A DNA stretch of 64,000 nucleotides from Candidatus Omnitrophota bacterium (GTDB lineage Bacteria > Omnitrophota > Omnitrophia > Omnitrophales > Aquincolibacteriaceae): positions 128,984 through 192,983 of the forward strand of contig JAKLIQ010000002.1 of the NCBI GenBank assembly GCA_022709525.1, in the 5' to 3' direction. Positions 1 through 10,527 of the stretch are shown piece after piece. The translations under genes were made by a program, and so were the position numbers. Each line of letters starts with the position of its first letter. The stretch's first letter is position 1. The notes beneath the pieces were generated by a model. That model searched no databases. It had not been told where the DNA came from and saw only the letters and a program-made list of their open reading frames with translations.

Positions 1-359
1 AGACTGAACTCATCCTGGCCGCGAAGCACCGTAATGATGCCGAGATAGGAAAAGATGATCGCCGTCGCGACGCCGAAATTCCTGTTCACATCTTCCGGAA
101 AATTCGCGTAGGCCAGCACCATCATAAAAAGGCGCTGCGTGAGAAGACCGAGAGCGAAACCGGCAATCACGGAAAGAATGTTCCGAACGGTGTACTGCTT
201 GAAGAAAATGTCGATTAAAACAATGATGCTACCGCCCAACACCCCCGCCGCCGCCGAGATCCAGGCGCCGTAAGGAAGATTGAGACCGGAAAGCCATTGC
301 GCGTAATGACCGAAAATGCCACAGCAAAGAACAAAAAGAATCCTTATAAAAAGTATCAT
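1..359 (-). CDS. Polytopic membrane protein, N-terminal part only (possibly PIN/TRAM-domain family); ORF continues beyond window start
   Basis: Minus-strand ATG at 359..357 reads MILFIRILFVLCCGIFGHYAQWLSGLNLPYGAWISAAAGVLGG... with several hydrophobic segments. No stop codon before the window edge. Confidence 0.35.
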   Translation of the reverse strand, partial: MILFIRILFVLCCGIFGHYAQWLSGLNLPYGAWISAAAGVLGGSIIVLIDIFFKQYTVRNILSVIAGFALGLLTQRLFMMVLAYANFPEDVNRNFGVATAIIFSYLGIITVLRGQDEFS

Positions 360-449
360 GATCACAACTCCTTTGATCGTCCGCGTCAAGCGGGTATGAA
401 TGATAGTTTATATTCATTGGTTCCTATTCGATGAACATCATGGTTTCGT

Positions 450-1181
450 TTAAACTAGCCAGAGAAAATACCATTTTCTCTTGCTCTTTGAGTCCTTGCG
501 GACGAGTTTCCAGGGATGCGCCCGCACATCTTTTGCGAACGCGTCCATTTCCTGATAAAGATCGTCTTCCATCACGAGCCTTCCGAGCGTCCCTTCCCCT
601 TTTTCGACCTTAGCCGCCACAGTGGCAAGCGAAGCGCTCAAAGACTCGATATTTTTAAAGCTTTGATTGATATCCCCGTCGGGTTTTTTGAGCGAATCGT
701 TAAGTGACCCGCTCAGCGAGGAAATATTATCCAAAGCCTCGTGGGCCTTATCCATCATTTCCTCGACCGCCACCAAAGGCACTCCCTCAACCACCGAACC
801 CTTGCGAAGAAGCGGAAAAGCGCCGGGCCTCGGGGTGATCTCGACATGCGGTTCGCTTAAAATATGCGTACCCCGTATCGTGAACTCGTAATTTTCTCTG
901 ATTTCCGCCCCCTTTTCAATGAAAAGTTTGACCTTCACGCGGTTCTGCTGTTTCGCCCCGTCATAGAAAAGGTCCACCTTGCTCACTTCACCGACGCGAA
1001 CGCCCGCCATGCGCACCGGCGCCCCTTTATTGAGGATGCTGACATAATCGTAAATCACGTCCACCGTATAGCCGGAACGGAACAGATAAACACCGCTGAC
1101 AAAAAAGAGGACTAACGTCAAAAAGATGAATCCCAGGATGACAAAGACCCCCACCGAAACCTCGTCGTTTTTCTTCTTCAT
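450..1181 (-). CDS. mlaD: MCE-domain phospholipid ABC transporter substrate-binding protein MlaD
   Basis: The 243-aa product has an N-terminal TM helix followed by an MCE domain. It overlaps the stop codon of the upstream ABC ATPase. Confidence 0.8.
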   Translation of the reverse strand: MKKKNDEVSVGVFVILGFIFLTLVLFFVSGVYLFRSGYTVDVIYDYVSILNKGAPVRMAGVRVGEVSKVDLFYDGAKQQNRVKVKLFIEKGAEIRENYEFTIRGTHILSEPHVEITPRPGAFPLLRKGSVVEGVPLVAVEEMMDKAHEALDNISSLSGSLNDSLKKPDGDINQSFKNIESLSASLATVAAKVEKGEGTLGRLVMEDDLYQEMDAFAKDVRAHPWKLVRKDSKSKRKWYFLWLV

Positions 1182-1957
1182 AATTGCTCCATTTCTTTTT
1201 TAGAATGATTCGTAATAGGCCCGTGCGCCGAACCGGTAATAAATTGCTGAACAACAGGATCGGGAGAACGCCGGATCTCATCCGGCGTCCCGACAGCAAT
1301 GATCCGTCCTTCGTAAAGCATGGCGATCCGGTCGGCCACCTTGTAGGCGCTTGTCATATCGTGGGTCACCACGATCGAGATCACCTTCAGCTGCTTCTGC
1401 ATCCTTAAAATAAGATCGTTAATGACGTCGGCGTTGATCGGGTCCAGGCCGGTCGTCGGTTCGTCATAAAGAATGATCTTCGGCTCATTGCAGATCGCGC
1501 GCGCGAGCCCCACTCTTTTCTTCATCCCGCCCGAGAGACTTGCGGGCATAAGCTCCTCAACGCCTTCGAGGCCGACCAACCCGAGCTTTTCCCGGACTTT
1601 CTCGTCGACCGTGTTTTCCGAAAGCTTGGTATGTTCGATCAGCGAAAAACCCACATTGTCCCGCACGGTCAAAGAATCAAAAAGCGCGGCCCCCTGGAAA
1701 AGCATGCCGAGCTGAAGCCGGAACTGGTCCTGTTCGTCCGGCGCCATCGAGAACATCGAGCGGCCATCGATCTTAATGTCCCCCTGGTCCGGCTCTAGGA
1801 TCGCCATGATGTGCTTCAAGAGCACGCTTTTCCCGCAGCCCGAGCGGCCGATGATCACCACCGTCTCCCCCTCTTGAATGGTCAGATCGACCCCTCGAAG
1901 AACATGCTGCGTACCGAACCACTTATGAAGCCCTTGGATCTGGATCACAAAACCCAT
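1178..1957 (-). CDS. mlaF: Phospholipid ABC transporter ATP-binding protein MlaF
   Basis: Walker A motif GRSGCGKS, ABC signature LSGGMKKRVGLARA and Walker B motif ILYDEPT are all present. The gene sits between mlaE and mlaD. Confidence 0.85.
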   Translation of the reverse strand: MGFVIQIQGLHKWFGTQHVLRGVDLTIQEGETVVIIGRSGCGKSVLLKHIMAILEPDQGDIKIDGRSMFSMAPDEQDQFRLQLGMLFQGAALFDSLTVRDNVGFSLIEHTKLSENTVDEKVREKLGLVGLEGVEELMPASLSGGMKKRVGLARAICNEPKIILYDEPTTGLDPINADVINDLILRMQKQLKVISIVVTHDMTSAYKVADRIAMLYEGRIIAVGTPDEIRRSPDPVVQQFITGSAHGPITNHSKKEMEQL

Positions 1958-1963
1958 CCTTCG

Positions 1964-2776
1964 TTAAAAGAAATAAAAGAGCGCCGAAAAAAGCGCGTCG
2001 GAAGCGATCACCATAATAAGCGAAACCACGACCGCAAGCGTTGTGGCGCGACCCACGCCTTCGGCCCCGCCGCGCGCGTTAAAACCGAAATAACATCCTA
2101 CGACCGTGATGATCCCGCCGAAAAAGAACGCCTTGATCAGCCCCGTTACCACGTCCTTGACCATCAAAGCATCGATCCCGCGCTTGATGTACATATGAGA
2201 ACTCATCCCGAGCTTAAAGACCGAGATAAGATAACCCCCGAACATCCCGATCACGTCCGCATAAATGGTCAAAATAAAAAGCATGAAGAGGCCCGCGATA
2301 AAGCGCGGAACCACCAGGTATTGGACGGGATTTGTCGCGAGGGATTCCAACGCGTCGATCTGCTCGGTGACCTTCATGGTCCCAAGCTCTGCCGCGATCG
2401 AGGCGCCCACGCGGCCCGCGACCACCATGGCGGTCAACACGGGGCCAAGTTCGCGGCACAAAGAAACCGAGATCAGATCGGATGTGAACTTTTCCGCCGA
2501 AAAAAGACGCAGTTGATAGGCGGACTGGAGGGCAAGGACCATCCCTGTGAATAACATCGTAAGAAAAACCAAAGGAAGCGACATAACACCGATCTTGTTC
2601 ATCTGGTCCAGCGTCGCTTTCCAGCGGATCTTTTTTGAGGTCATCAGAACGCAGGTATTCGCGAAAAGATAAGAGATGCCGCCGGCCCCTTTAAAAATAT
2701 CGATACATCCCGCGCCAAAATCCCTCAGCCACGATCGGACGGACACGGTCTTTCTCAGCTGACGCCACTCCATCAC
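1964..2776 (-). CDS. mlaE: Phospholipid ABC transporter permease MlaE
   Basis: A 270-aa polytopic permease with MlaE/YrbE-like topology, lying upstream of mlaF. Confidence 0.85.
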   Translation of the reverse strand: MMEWRQLRKTVSVRSWLRDFGAGCIDIFKGAGGISYLFANTCVLMTSKKIRWKATLDQMNKIGVMSLPLVFLTMLFTGMVLALQSAYQLRLFSAEKFTSDLISVSLCRELGPVLTAMVVAGRVGASIAAELGTMKVTEQIDALESLATNPVQYLVVPRFIAGLFMLFILTIYADVIGMFGGYLISVFKLGMSSHMYIKRGIDALMVKDVVTGLIKAFFFGGIITVVGCYFGFNARGGAEGVGRATTLAVVVSLIMVIASDALFSALFYFF

Positions 2777-2790
2777 AACACCCCTCCGCT

Positions 2791-4728
2791 CTAAAACCTT
2801 AATTTGGGCCCTAGCTTTAACGCTGATTCTTCTTCGTCGTCCCGGGCCGCAGGATCCCCCTCATCATGAGACGCCTTCGGAGAGCCGGCCTCGAGTACCG
2901 AAAATTCACCCCAATCGCCCAACTTCGCGCGGTTCATCTCCAAACCGCCCTTTTCTTTATGGAGCGAAGCTTCGATCCCTTTCCATATCACGAACTTGTC
3001 CGGAGTCTGTATTTTTACTCCGGCAAATATATTGTCAAGCTTCAAATCCAATGCGCCGGTCAGAAAAAAAACTGTCCTGCCTTTCCAGATCTTCGAATCC
3101 TTCAGGGGCAGGTACGGGAGAAATCCCCGGAGTTGAATGATACCACGGTCGTAATCGAGTTGCCCCCATTTTCCGTCGCGGATATTAAAGACGGCTGAGA
3201 TTTCCGGATTCTGAAAATCCCCCTCCACGTTCAATTTTCCTTCCATATGGCCGCCAAGGGCCTTCGGAAGCGGTTTGGCCATGAATTCCTGAATACGCCC
3301 GAGGTCCAGGTCCGGAACGTGGACCGTGAATTTTGCCTTGGGCTTTTTATCCCGGAGCGTGACCTGACCCGTCATCCGGAGCCGCTCCCCCCAGGAGCTC
3401 CGGAACCCGGTGATCCCGGCCGGGCTTAGGTCAAAACTTCCTTTAAAATCTTCGAAAGGCTGCTGGTCCAAAATAAAATAATCCGTTTCGAAATCCCCTT
3501 TGAAGAGAATGTCCCGCCCTTTCCATCGAAGGGACGCCGCATGAAGAAAAAGCTTTCCCTTTGTCACAAGGTCCAGTCCCCAGAATTTCACGTGATCAAA
3601 GTTGAAGTTGAGCACAAAATCAAGCCCGCGCAGATTTGAATGGATCGCCATACGCCTGGCGTTTTTCTCAAGAAGCCATTCGTAGTTGCCGGTCGCAAAA
3701 TCCAGTTCGCCGCGGCCTTGATACCCCGAATCAACCGTGAGCGTCTCCACAATAAAGCGCTTCTTTTCCTGGCGTGCTTTGCCGTTGAATTGATAGGCGG
3801 CCCCTTCGAAAACCTTGACCGAACCGGAAAGGTCCTGGCGCGAAAGATCCAAAAAGACATCAAGCTTGAAGGCGATTGCGGTCTTTCCGACCTCAAGATG
3901 ACATTCGATCTTGGGCTGGCGATCTTGATTTAAAAAAGCGCCCGAAAGTTCCGCGCTCCACCCGTAAAGGGTCCCCGTCAGTTCCTCAAAAAATAAGTCG
4001 CGATCCGCCCACCGGACCTTTCCCGTAAGGGCCTTGAGTGGAAGCGGGATGTCTTGGGCAAAATCCATACCCTCCAGCTCAAGCCAAAGATCATGAGTTT
4101 TTCCCGAAGGGTCCACGGTTCCGCGGATACGGACCCGGCCTTCCATGAGGCCGCTTGCGCGGGCCCGGATATCCACTTCGACTTTTTTATCCGCAACCGG
4201 CTGGATCTTCCCGTCCACGTTGTGAAGCAGGATCTCTTTCCCCAGCGAAGGAAGAAGATAACGGATCTCGCCCCCCGTAAAATCCAGGGAGGGCACAAAA
4301 AAACCCGGAAGCCCTCCGGAAGAATTCTCAAAATAACGGTAAGGAAACTCGTCCGGCTCGATCAGGATCGCCGGGTTTTTCAAGACAACGCCGGCAGGCA
4401 CATCCCATTTGCGCTCCCAAAGCTGGCGGATGTGGTATTGGAATAAAAGACGCTCCACGCGGACCAACTGGGAGCCGCCTTTCGAGGAAGGGGTCTCGAT
4501 CAGGATCTTTTCAAGGGCCAGCTTGGTGAAATGGTAGGGCCGGATCTCGCCGATATGAACCTTGGCTTTAAGGTATTCGCCGACCTTTTGTTCGGCGAAA
4601 CGCTTGAAATCTTCCGATTGGGCGATCCCGTAAAGAAAAAAATTCAAAGAGATGAATAAAAGAAGGGCGACGAGCGCTGAAAGGGAGAAAAGAAGCTTCA
4701 GGAAAGAAAGAGCCCGGCGCATGATCAC
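2791..4728 (-). CDS. AsmA-like / outer-membrane-biogenesis family protein (hypothetical), N-terminal TM anchor
   Basis: A 645-aa protein with an N-terminal hydrophobic helix followed by a long beta-rich periplasmic region. It lies immediately upstream of mlaEFD. Confidence 0.4.
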   Translation of the reverse strand: MIMRRALSFLKLLFSLSALVALLLFISLNFFLYGIAQSEDFKRFAEQKVGEYLKAKVHIGEIRPYHFTKLALEKILIETPSSKGGSQLVRVERLLFQYHIRQLWERKWDVPAGVVLKNPAILIEPDEFPYRYFENSSGGLPGFFVPSLDFTGGEIRYLLPSLGKEILLHNVDGKIQPVADKKVEVDIRARASGLMEGRVRIRGTVDPSGKTHDLWLELEGMDFAQDIPLPLKALTGKVRWADRDLFFEELTGTLYGWSAELSGAFLNQDRQPKIECHLEVGKTAIAFKLDVFLDLSRQDLSGSVKVFEGAAYQFNGKARQEKKRFIVETLTVDSGYQGRGELDFATGNYEWLLEKNARRMAIHSNLRGLDFVLNFNFDHVKFWGLDLVTKGKLFLHAASLRWKGRDILFKGDFETDYFILDQQPFEDFKGSFDLSPAGITGFRSSWGERLRMTGQVTLRDKKPKAKFTVHVPDLDLGRIQEFMAKPLPKALGGHMEGKLNVEGDFQNPEISAVFNIRDGKWGQLDYDRGIIQLRGFLPYLPLKDSKIWKGRTVFFLTGALDLKLDNIFAGVKIQTPDKFVIWKGIEASLHKEKGGLEMNRAKLGDWGEFSVLEAGSPKASHDEGDPAARDDEEESALKLGPKLRF

Positions 4729-4734
4729 TCTGCG

Positions 4735-7197
4735 CTATGTTGCTTTTTCAAAAGAGATCCTCTCGCCTCGGATCTCCGCGCGGATCTTATCCCCCTCCTG
4801 GAATTTTCCGCCCAGGATCTCTTCGGCCAGAACGTTCTCGATATAACGCTGGATCGTCCGCTTGAGCGGCCGGGCTCCGAAGACGGGGTCGTAGCCGTGA
4901 TCGATGAGAAACTTCAGGACCTCATCGGAGAGGATCAGTTCCATTTTCTTGTCCTTGAGACGGTCCTGCACCTCTTTAAGCTCGATGTGGATGATCTGCT
5001 CGAGGTCCTGGCGCGTCAGCGGATGAAAGACGATCGTATCATCCACGCGATTCAAGAATTCCGGCCGGAAGACCTTTTTGGTCTCATCCAAAAGTTTCTG
5101 CTTCAGAACGTCGTAGTTCATTTCGTCTTTTTTCGGCGCAAAACCCAGGTCTCCTTGTTTGCGAATGAGATCGGCTCCGACGTTGGAGGTCATGATCACG
5201 ATCGTGTTGCGAAAATCCACCTTCCGCCCGAACGAATCCGTCAGGCGCCCTTCTTCCATGAGCTGAAGGAGGATATTGAAGACATCGGGATGCGCTTTCT
5301 CGATCTCATCCAACAGTACCACTGAATACGGCCGGCGGCGCACTTTCTCGGTAAGCTGCCCTCCTTCCTCATAGCCCACGTAACCGGGAGGCGCCCCAAC
5401 CAGGCGCGATACGTTGAATTTTTCGCCATATTCGGAGCAATCCACCACGACGACCGCGTCTTCATCGCCGAACATAAAATCAGCGAGCGCGCGGGCCAGA
5501 AGCGTTTTCCCGACCCCTGTGGGACCTAAGAAAATGAAAGAACCGATCGGCCGCCGCGGATTGCGGAGCCCCGAGCGTGAACGGCGGACTGCGTGCGCTA
5601 TGGCACGGATCGCTTCATCCTGACCGATGATCTTTTTGTGCAACTCCTCTTCCATTTTAAGAAGGCGCGCCGTCTCTTTTTCCTCAAGGCGCGCGAGCGG
5701 TACTCCTGTCCATTTAGAAACCACAAACGCGATGTCTTCCTCGGTCACCTGCACTTCAACCTCGGATTTGGACTCTTTCCAGCTTTTTTTCATCCGCTGA
5801 AGCTCTTCCTTGGCTTTGCGTTCGTCATCGCGCATCTTGGCCGCTTTTTCAAAATCCTGGGCCTTGATCGATGCCTCTTTTTCGCGGCGCAGGGCCTCGA
5901 TCTCGGATTCCGCTTTTTTGAGGTCTTTCGGCATTGTGGTCACGGAAAGCCGCGCGCGGGAAGCGGCCTCATCGATAATATCGATCGCTTTATCCGGCAG
6001 AAAACGGCCGGAGATATAGCGGTCCGAAAGCTTCGCCGCCGCTTCAAGCGCCTCATCGAGGATCTTCACCCGGTGATGGGCCTCGTACTTATCGCGCAAC
6101 CCTTTCAGGATCTGGATCGTGTCATCTACAGAAGGCGGGTCGACGACCACAGTCTGGAAACGGCGGGCAAGGGCCGCGTCCTTTTCGATGTATTTCCGGT
6201 ATTCATCAAGCGTGGTGGCGCCGATGCACTGGATCTCGCCGCGGGAAAGAGAGGGTTTAAGGATATTGGAAGCGTCGATCGCGCCCTCCGCGCCGCCCGC
6301 CCCGACCAGGGTATGCAATTCATCGATAAAGATCATGACATTTTCCGTGCGGCGGATCTCATCCATCACGGCCTTGATGCGTTCTTCGAACTGTCCGCGG
6401 TATTTCGTTCCGGCCACCATCAACGCAAGGTCGAGCACGACGATACGCTTATCGGCCAAGATCTCGGGGACATCGCCCGCAATGATCTTTTGCGCAAGAC
6501 CTTCCACGATCGCGGTTTTTCCAACGCCTGCTTCGCCTAAAAGCACGGGGTTATTCTTCGTGCGACGCGCGAGAATCTGGATCACACGCTCGATCTCATC
6601 CTGACGACCCACGACGGGATCGAGCTTTCCATCGCGCGCTAATTGCGAAAGATCCCGCCCAAAAGCATCCAGCGCCGGCGTCTTTGTTTTGGCTTTGCTT
6701 CCGGCACCGGGCCCGGCCGGACCGGCCTGCGAACCACCACCCGGTTCGCCGCCCGGGGTCGTGGAACCCAGAAGTTTGATCACTTCGGCGCGCACTTTAT
6801 TGAGGTCAAGCCCGACGTTCATCAGCACATGACTTGCGACGCCTTCACCTTCCTTGATAAGACCTAGGAGCAAGTGTTCCGTTCCGATATAGTTATGGCC
6901 CAAGCGACGCGCCTCGTCCATAGCAAGCTCGATCACCTTCTTAGCCTTGGGCGTGAAAGGAATATCCCCGGAAACGACCGTGCTTGGCCCGAACTGGACA
7001 AGTTTTTCCACTTCCAGGCGGATCGTATCAAGCGAAAGCCCGAGATTTTGAAGCACTGCGGCGGCGACGCTTTCCCCCTCCTTGATCAGCCCGAGCAGGA
7101 TATGCTCTGTTCCGATGTAGTCGTGATTGAACCTTTTGGCTTCTTCCTTGGCGAGAATGATGACTTTCCTGGCTCTTTCAGTAAAACGATCGAACAT
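4735..7197 (-). CDS. clpC: ATP-dependent Clp protease ATP-binding subunit ClpC (two Clp_N repeats, two AAA+ modules, UVR linker)
   Basis: The N-terminus carries repeated motifs GTEHILLGL and GTEHLLLGL. Two Walker A motifs are present (GEAGVGKT and GPTGVGKT). A UVR-like linker reads [12 protein letters not shown]. Confidence 0.9.
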   Translation of the reverse strand: MFDRFTERARKVIILAKEEAKRFNHDYIGTEHILLGLIKEGESVAAAVLQNLGLSLDTIRLEVEKLVQFGPSTVVSGDIPFTPKAKKVIELAMDEARRLGHNYIGTEHLLLGLIKEGEGVASHVLMNVGLDLNKVRAEVIKLLGSTTPGGEPGGGSQAGPAGPGAGSKAKTKTPALDAFGRDLSQLARDGKLDPVVGRQDEIERVIQILARRTKNNPVLLGEAGVGKTAIVEGLAQKIIAGDVPEILADKRIVVLDLALMVAGTKYRGQFEERIKAVMDEIRRTENVMIFIDELHTLVGAGGAEGAIDASNILKPSLSRGEIQCIGATTLDEYRKYIEKDAALARRFQTVVVDPPSVDDTIQILKGLRDKYEAHHRVKILDEALEAAAKLSDRYISGRFLPDKAIDIIDEAASRARLSVTTMPKDLKKAESEIEALRREKEASIKAQDFEKAAKMRDDERKAKEELQRMKKSWKESKSEVEVQVTEEDIAFVVSKWTGVPLARLEEKETARLLKMEEELHKKIIGQDEAIRAIAHAVRRSRSGLRNPRRPIGSFIFLGPTGVGKTLLARALADFMFGDEDAVVVVDCSEYGEKFNVSRLVGAPPGYVGYEEGGQLTEKVRRRPYSVVLLDEIEKAHPDVFNILLQLMEEGRLTDSFGRKVDFRNTIVIMTSNVGADLIRKQGDLGFAPKKDEMNYDVLKQKLLDETKKVFRPEFLNRVDDTIVFHPLTRQDLEQIIHIELKEVQDRLKDKKMELILSDEVLKFLIDHGYDPVFGARPLKRTIQRYIENVLAEEILGGKFQEGDKIRAEIRGERISFEKAT

Positions 7198-7262
7198 GGT
7201 AACCCTCCGAATTAAAACGCTAATTCAAACCTTTCATTAGTAACGGAATAATCAGGTTTTCC

Positions 7263-8327
7263 TTAAAGAATCACTTTCGCAAAATATTCGCGGATCCGGG
7301 CAGCGCGGCGGGCATCGCGCTCCGTCGCGCTGAGCTCCCGGCCGTTCAATTTCTGCAAATGGGCCGGCTGGATCAAGAGAAAAAGCTGGTTCAGGTCCGT
7401 ATGGGTCACCTGCCCTTCCAGGACGCCAACATCGATCCCGACCTGCACGAGCGATAAAAGCTGGATCGCCTCCGACGAAGACATCATCCGGGCCGCCTTG
7501 AGCGTCGCCAGCGCGCGCCAGATCTGATCTTCCATTTTGGATTTCCGCTTTTTTTTCAAATATTCCCTGGCCTCACGCTCATGTGTGATGACCTGCCGGA
7601 TCACGCCTTCCAAGTTCGAAATGATCTCCTCTTCGGGCTGTCCGAGCGTGATCTGGTTTGAGAATTGAAAGAAGTTCCCGCTGGCCTGCGTCCCCTCGCC
7701 GTAGAGGCCGCGCACGGCAAGATTCAACTTTGAAAGCGCTTGCAGGACCTTGTGGACCTGTTTGGTAAGCACAAGACTCGGCAGATGAAGCATGCAGGAG
7801 GCGCGGATCCCCGTTCCGACATTGGTCGGGCAGGCCGTCAGGTACCCCAGCGTCGCGTCAAAAGCATAATCCAGTTCTTTTTCAAGTTCATTGTCGATCT
7901 CATCGGCAATGCGCCAGGTCTCGACAAGATTGAGGCCCGACTGGAACACTTGAAGCCGCAGATGATCCTCCTCGATCACCATCATGCTTACCGTTTCATC
8001 CGGCGTGATCACGACCGCGTTTTTACCTTCCTCCGCAACCAACTCCCGGCTGACCAAGTGACGCTCCAGAAGAAATTGCCGGTCAAGATCGGAAAGGTCC
8101 GGCGAGGAAATAAAATAGCTCTTTTTAAGGAAATTCGAACTTTTTACCGCGCTCTGCACTTCATTGATGATCGCGTCACGCTGGCTCTCGGCAAGGCGGC
8201 TTAGGAACGGGTAATGCCCCAAATTGCGCGCCAAGCGAAGGCGCGAACTGATCACGACATCGCTCTCGGGCCCCGTGGCACGCAGCCAGTTGACCGGCTT
8301 ATCGATAAAACGGTCGACCTCACTCAC
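7263..8327 (-). CDS. mcsB: Protein arginine kinase McsB (ATP:guanido phosphotransferase)
   Basis: Carries the phosphagen-kinase signature CPTNVGTGIRAS. The likely GTG start at 8327 overlaps the mcsA stop within GTGAGTGA. The longer ORF-track start at 8504 would read through the mcsA coding sequence. Confidence 0.8.
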   Translation of the reverse strand: MSEVDRFIDKPVNWLRATGPESDVVISSRLRLARNLGHYPFLSRLAESQRDAIINEVQSAVKSSNFLKKSYFISSPDLSDLDRQFLLERHLVSRELVAEEGKNAVVITPDETVSMMVIEEDHLRLQVFQSGLNLVETWRIADEIDNELEKELDYAFDATLGYLTACPTNVGTGIRASCMLHLPSLVLTKQVHKVLQALSKLNLAVRGLYGEGTQASGNFFQFSNQITLGQPEEEIISNLEGVIRQVITHEREAREYLKKKRKSKMEDQIWRALATLKAARMMSSSEAIQLLSLVQVGIDVGVLEGQVTHTDLNQLFLLIQPAHLQKLNGRELSATERDARRAARIREYFAKVIL

Positions 8328-8841
8328 CTTTGGCCTTCTTTCCCTTTTTAAGTTTTTCTTCGGCCTGTTTGATCTCGTCGCGCAAACGCGCCGCTTCCTC
8401 AAAAGCTTCCGTTTGGATGCTCTTGCGGAGCTGCTCCTGAAGTTGGCGCAAATCGTGGATGTTCCGGGTGCCTTTCGGGATCCGGGACGGCTTTTTGCCC
8501 ACATGATAATTCGACCGCTGGACTTGTTTGATCAAAGCGGCAAGCGGTTTCTGGAACGCAGCGTAACAGCCCGCGCAACCGAGACGGCCGTTCTTGGCAA
8601 AATCTTCGTAGTTCATGCCGCAATCCTTGCAAACAAGCGTGATTTTTTTGCCGGTACCGCCGGAAACCCCCTCGGCATCCGCCGCGCCGGCCAGGAGATC
8701 GCCAAAATTAAAATAGGTCTTGAACTCCGTGCCTTTTTCCTCGGCGCAGGATTCACAGATATGGACTTCGGCCATTTTACCGTTGACGATCTCGGTCAAA
8801 TGGATGGTCGCTTCCTTGGTGCCGCAAATATTGCAGATCAT
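8320..8841 (-). CDS. mcsA: McsA, protein arginine kinase activator (zinc-finger CxxC pairs plus UVR motif)
   Basis: Four CxxC pairs are present (CNICG, CESC, CKDCG, CAGC). The C-terminal region resembles a UvrB/C motif. Confidence 0.75.
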   Translation of the reverse strand: MICNICGTKEATIHLTEIVNGKMAEVHICESCAEEKGTEFKTYFNFGDLLAGAADAEGVSGGTGKKITLVCKDCGMNYEDFAKNGRLGCAGCYAAFQKPLAALIKQVQRSNYHVGKKPSRIPKGTRNIHDLRQLQEQLRKSIQTEAFEEAARLRDEIKQAEEKLKKGKKAKGE

Positions 8842-8869
8842 GAGAGGTTGGCTCCGAAATCAGGGCGGA

Positions 8870-9775
8870 TCAAAGCGTATAACGCACGCCGTCCTTATGG
8901 GTCAGGGCCCGGAAATCCTTCAAAAGCATATTCGTGATCTTGCCCGGCTTCCCTGCCCCAATCCCGCGGCCGTCGATCTTAACGACCGGAATGACTTCGG
9001 CCGCCGTTCCGGTCAGGAACACTTCGTCGGCGTTAAAAAGGTCATGGCGCGTAAGAACGCGTTCCTCGAAAGGCAGCTTGATCCTTCCGGCGATCTCGAT
9101 AATGGCCTGGCGCGTGATCCCCTTGAGCGCGCCGAGATAGGTCGGAGGCGTCAGCAAAATATAATCCTTCACCGTTTGGCCTTTTCCGATCTTTTTGATC
9201 ATGAAGACGTTATCGCCCGTACATTCCGCCACATAGCCCTGATGATTCAGAAGCAGCGCCTCAATGCACCCGCCGTTCTTCGCCTCGATCTTCGCCAAGA
9301 TATTGTTGAGATAATTCAGGCTTTTGATCGAAGGATTGACCGCCTCAGGCAGATTCCGCACGGTCGGAACGGTGATGATATCGAGACCTTTCTGGTAAAG
9401 CGTTTTGGGATAAAGCGTGATCTTATCGGTGATAATAAAAACCGTCGCCTTTTTGCAAAGCCAAGGCGAAAGCCCGAGATCCCCCACGCCGCGCGTCACA
9501 ACCACACGGATGTAGGCATCTTTAAGTTTATTTTTCTTGAGCGTTTCGATGATCGCCGTTTTCATGGCTTTCACATCCATCGGGATCGTGAGCATGATCG
9601 TATGCGCCGATTCCCAAAGCCGGGTCAAATGCTCGTCGAGCTTGAAGATCAGGCCGCCGTAAGCGCGGATCCCTTCAAAAACACCGTCGCCGTAAAGAAG
9701 CCCGTGGTCAAAGATCGAGATCTTTGCTTCGTTTTTGGGATACCATTTACCGTCGATATAAACCTGAAGCTCCAT
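8870..9775 (-). CDS. ilvE: Branched-chain amino acid aminotransferase (class IV PLP enzyme)
   Basis: The 301-aa product matches a class IV aminotransferase fold, with motifs EGIRAY and LTGTAAEV. Confidence 0.8.
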   Translation of the reverse strand: MELQVYIDGKWYPKNEAKISIFDHGLLYGDGVFEGIRAYGGLIFKLDEHLTRLWESAHTIMLTIPMDVKAMKTAIIETLKKNKLKDAYIRVVVTRGVGDLGLSPWLCKKATVFIITDKITLYPKTLYQKGLDIITVPTVRNLPEAVNPSIKSLNYLNNILAKIEAKNGGCIEALLLNHQGYVAECTGDNVFMIKKIGKGQTVKDYILLTPPTYLGALKGITRQAIIEIAGRIKLPFEERVLTRHDLFNADEVFLTGTAAEVIPVVKIDGRGIGAGKPGKITNMLLKDFRALTHKDGVRYTL

Positions 9776-9792
9776 ATTTTTCTCCTGTCCTT

Positions 9793-10527
9793 TTATAAGA
9801 CCGGCTTATTGTTAATGATCGTTTCGGGGCCCGGCACCATCGGATGGGCCGGAATCAGGACGCCGTCCTGAAGGCGATAGGAACGATCGTGGCGAAACGC
9901 TGTTTCTTCGTCATGCGTTACGATTAAAAACGCCTGGCCTTCCTGCTGGTTCAATTCGTTGATAAGCGTCATGACCGACGACGCGGTCTCAGGATCCAGG
10001 TTCCCCGTCGGCTCGTCGCAAAGCACGACTGAGGGGCGGTTCACAAGAGCCCGCGCGATCGCCACGCGTTGCTGTTCTCCGCCCGAAAGCTCGGAAGGAA
10101 AATGGGTCCTCCGGTTCCAGAGACGAACGCGTTTCAGCACCTCCTTGACCCAGGGCTTGTTCGGCTTGTTCGCGATCAAGGTCGGTAAAAGGACATTTTC
10201 ATAAACGGTCAATTCCGGCAAAAGATGATAAAACTGGAAGACAAACCCCACCTGCCGGCTGCGCAATCTCGCCAGCTCCCTTTCCGACATCTCCGTCATA
10301 TCTTTCCCTTCAAAAAAGATCTTGCCGTCCGTCGGGCGGTCCAAGCCGCCTAAGACATGCAGCAAAGTCGATTTCCCGCATCCTGATTTTCCCGTGATAA
10401 AAACCATTTCACCTTTCCGGATGATCAGCTGCACCGAACGGAGGATCTCAAGGGTACCGGCCGGAGTTTCGTAATTGCGACGGATATCGAACGCGCTGAG
10501 CAAAGGGACATCGACCACGTTACTCAT
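9793..10527 (-). CDS. lolD: Lipoprotein-releasing ABC transporter ATP-binding protein LolD
   Basis: Walker A motif [12 protein letters not shown] signature [15 protein letters not shown] and Walker B motif VLCDEPT are present. It overlaps the FtsX-like permease upstream by 8 nt. Confidence 0.8.
   Translation of the reverse strand: MSNVVDVPLLSAFDIRRNYETPAGTLEILRSVQLIIRKGEMVFITGKSGCGKSTLLHVLGGLDRPTDGKIFFEGKDMTEMSERELARLRSRQVGFVFQFYHLLPELTVYENVLLPTLIANKPNKPWVKEVLKRVRLWNRRTHFPSELSGGEQQRVAIARALVNRPSVVLCDEPTGNLDPETASSVMTLINELNQQEGQAFLIVTHDEETAFRHDRSYRLQDGVLIPAHPMVPGPETIINNKPVL

Noticed and set aside
1811-2554. Long plus-strand ORF (247 aa) antisense to mlaE and mlaF
   Set aside because: It lies opposite well-supported ABC transporter genes. 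The Arg/His-rich composition is typical of GC-rich antisense frames.
5593-6540. A 315-aa plus-strand ORF, with others such as 6119..6604, inside clpC
   Set aside because: It is antisense to a strongly supported ClpC and has no recognisable domains.
7263-8504. Extended 413-aa mcsB ORF starting at 8504
   Set aside because: That start would overlap about 180 nt of mcsA in another frame. A GTG overlapping the mcsA stop gives a typical ~355-aa McsB.
8795-8810. Single GGTCAAA heptad that could be half a CtsR box
   Set aside because: It lies inside the mcsA coding sequence and has no tandem partner.
8224-9871. Plus-strand ORFs 8224..8937 and 8720..9871 overlapping mcsA and ilvE
   Set aside because: They are antisense shadows of confidently called genes.
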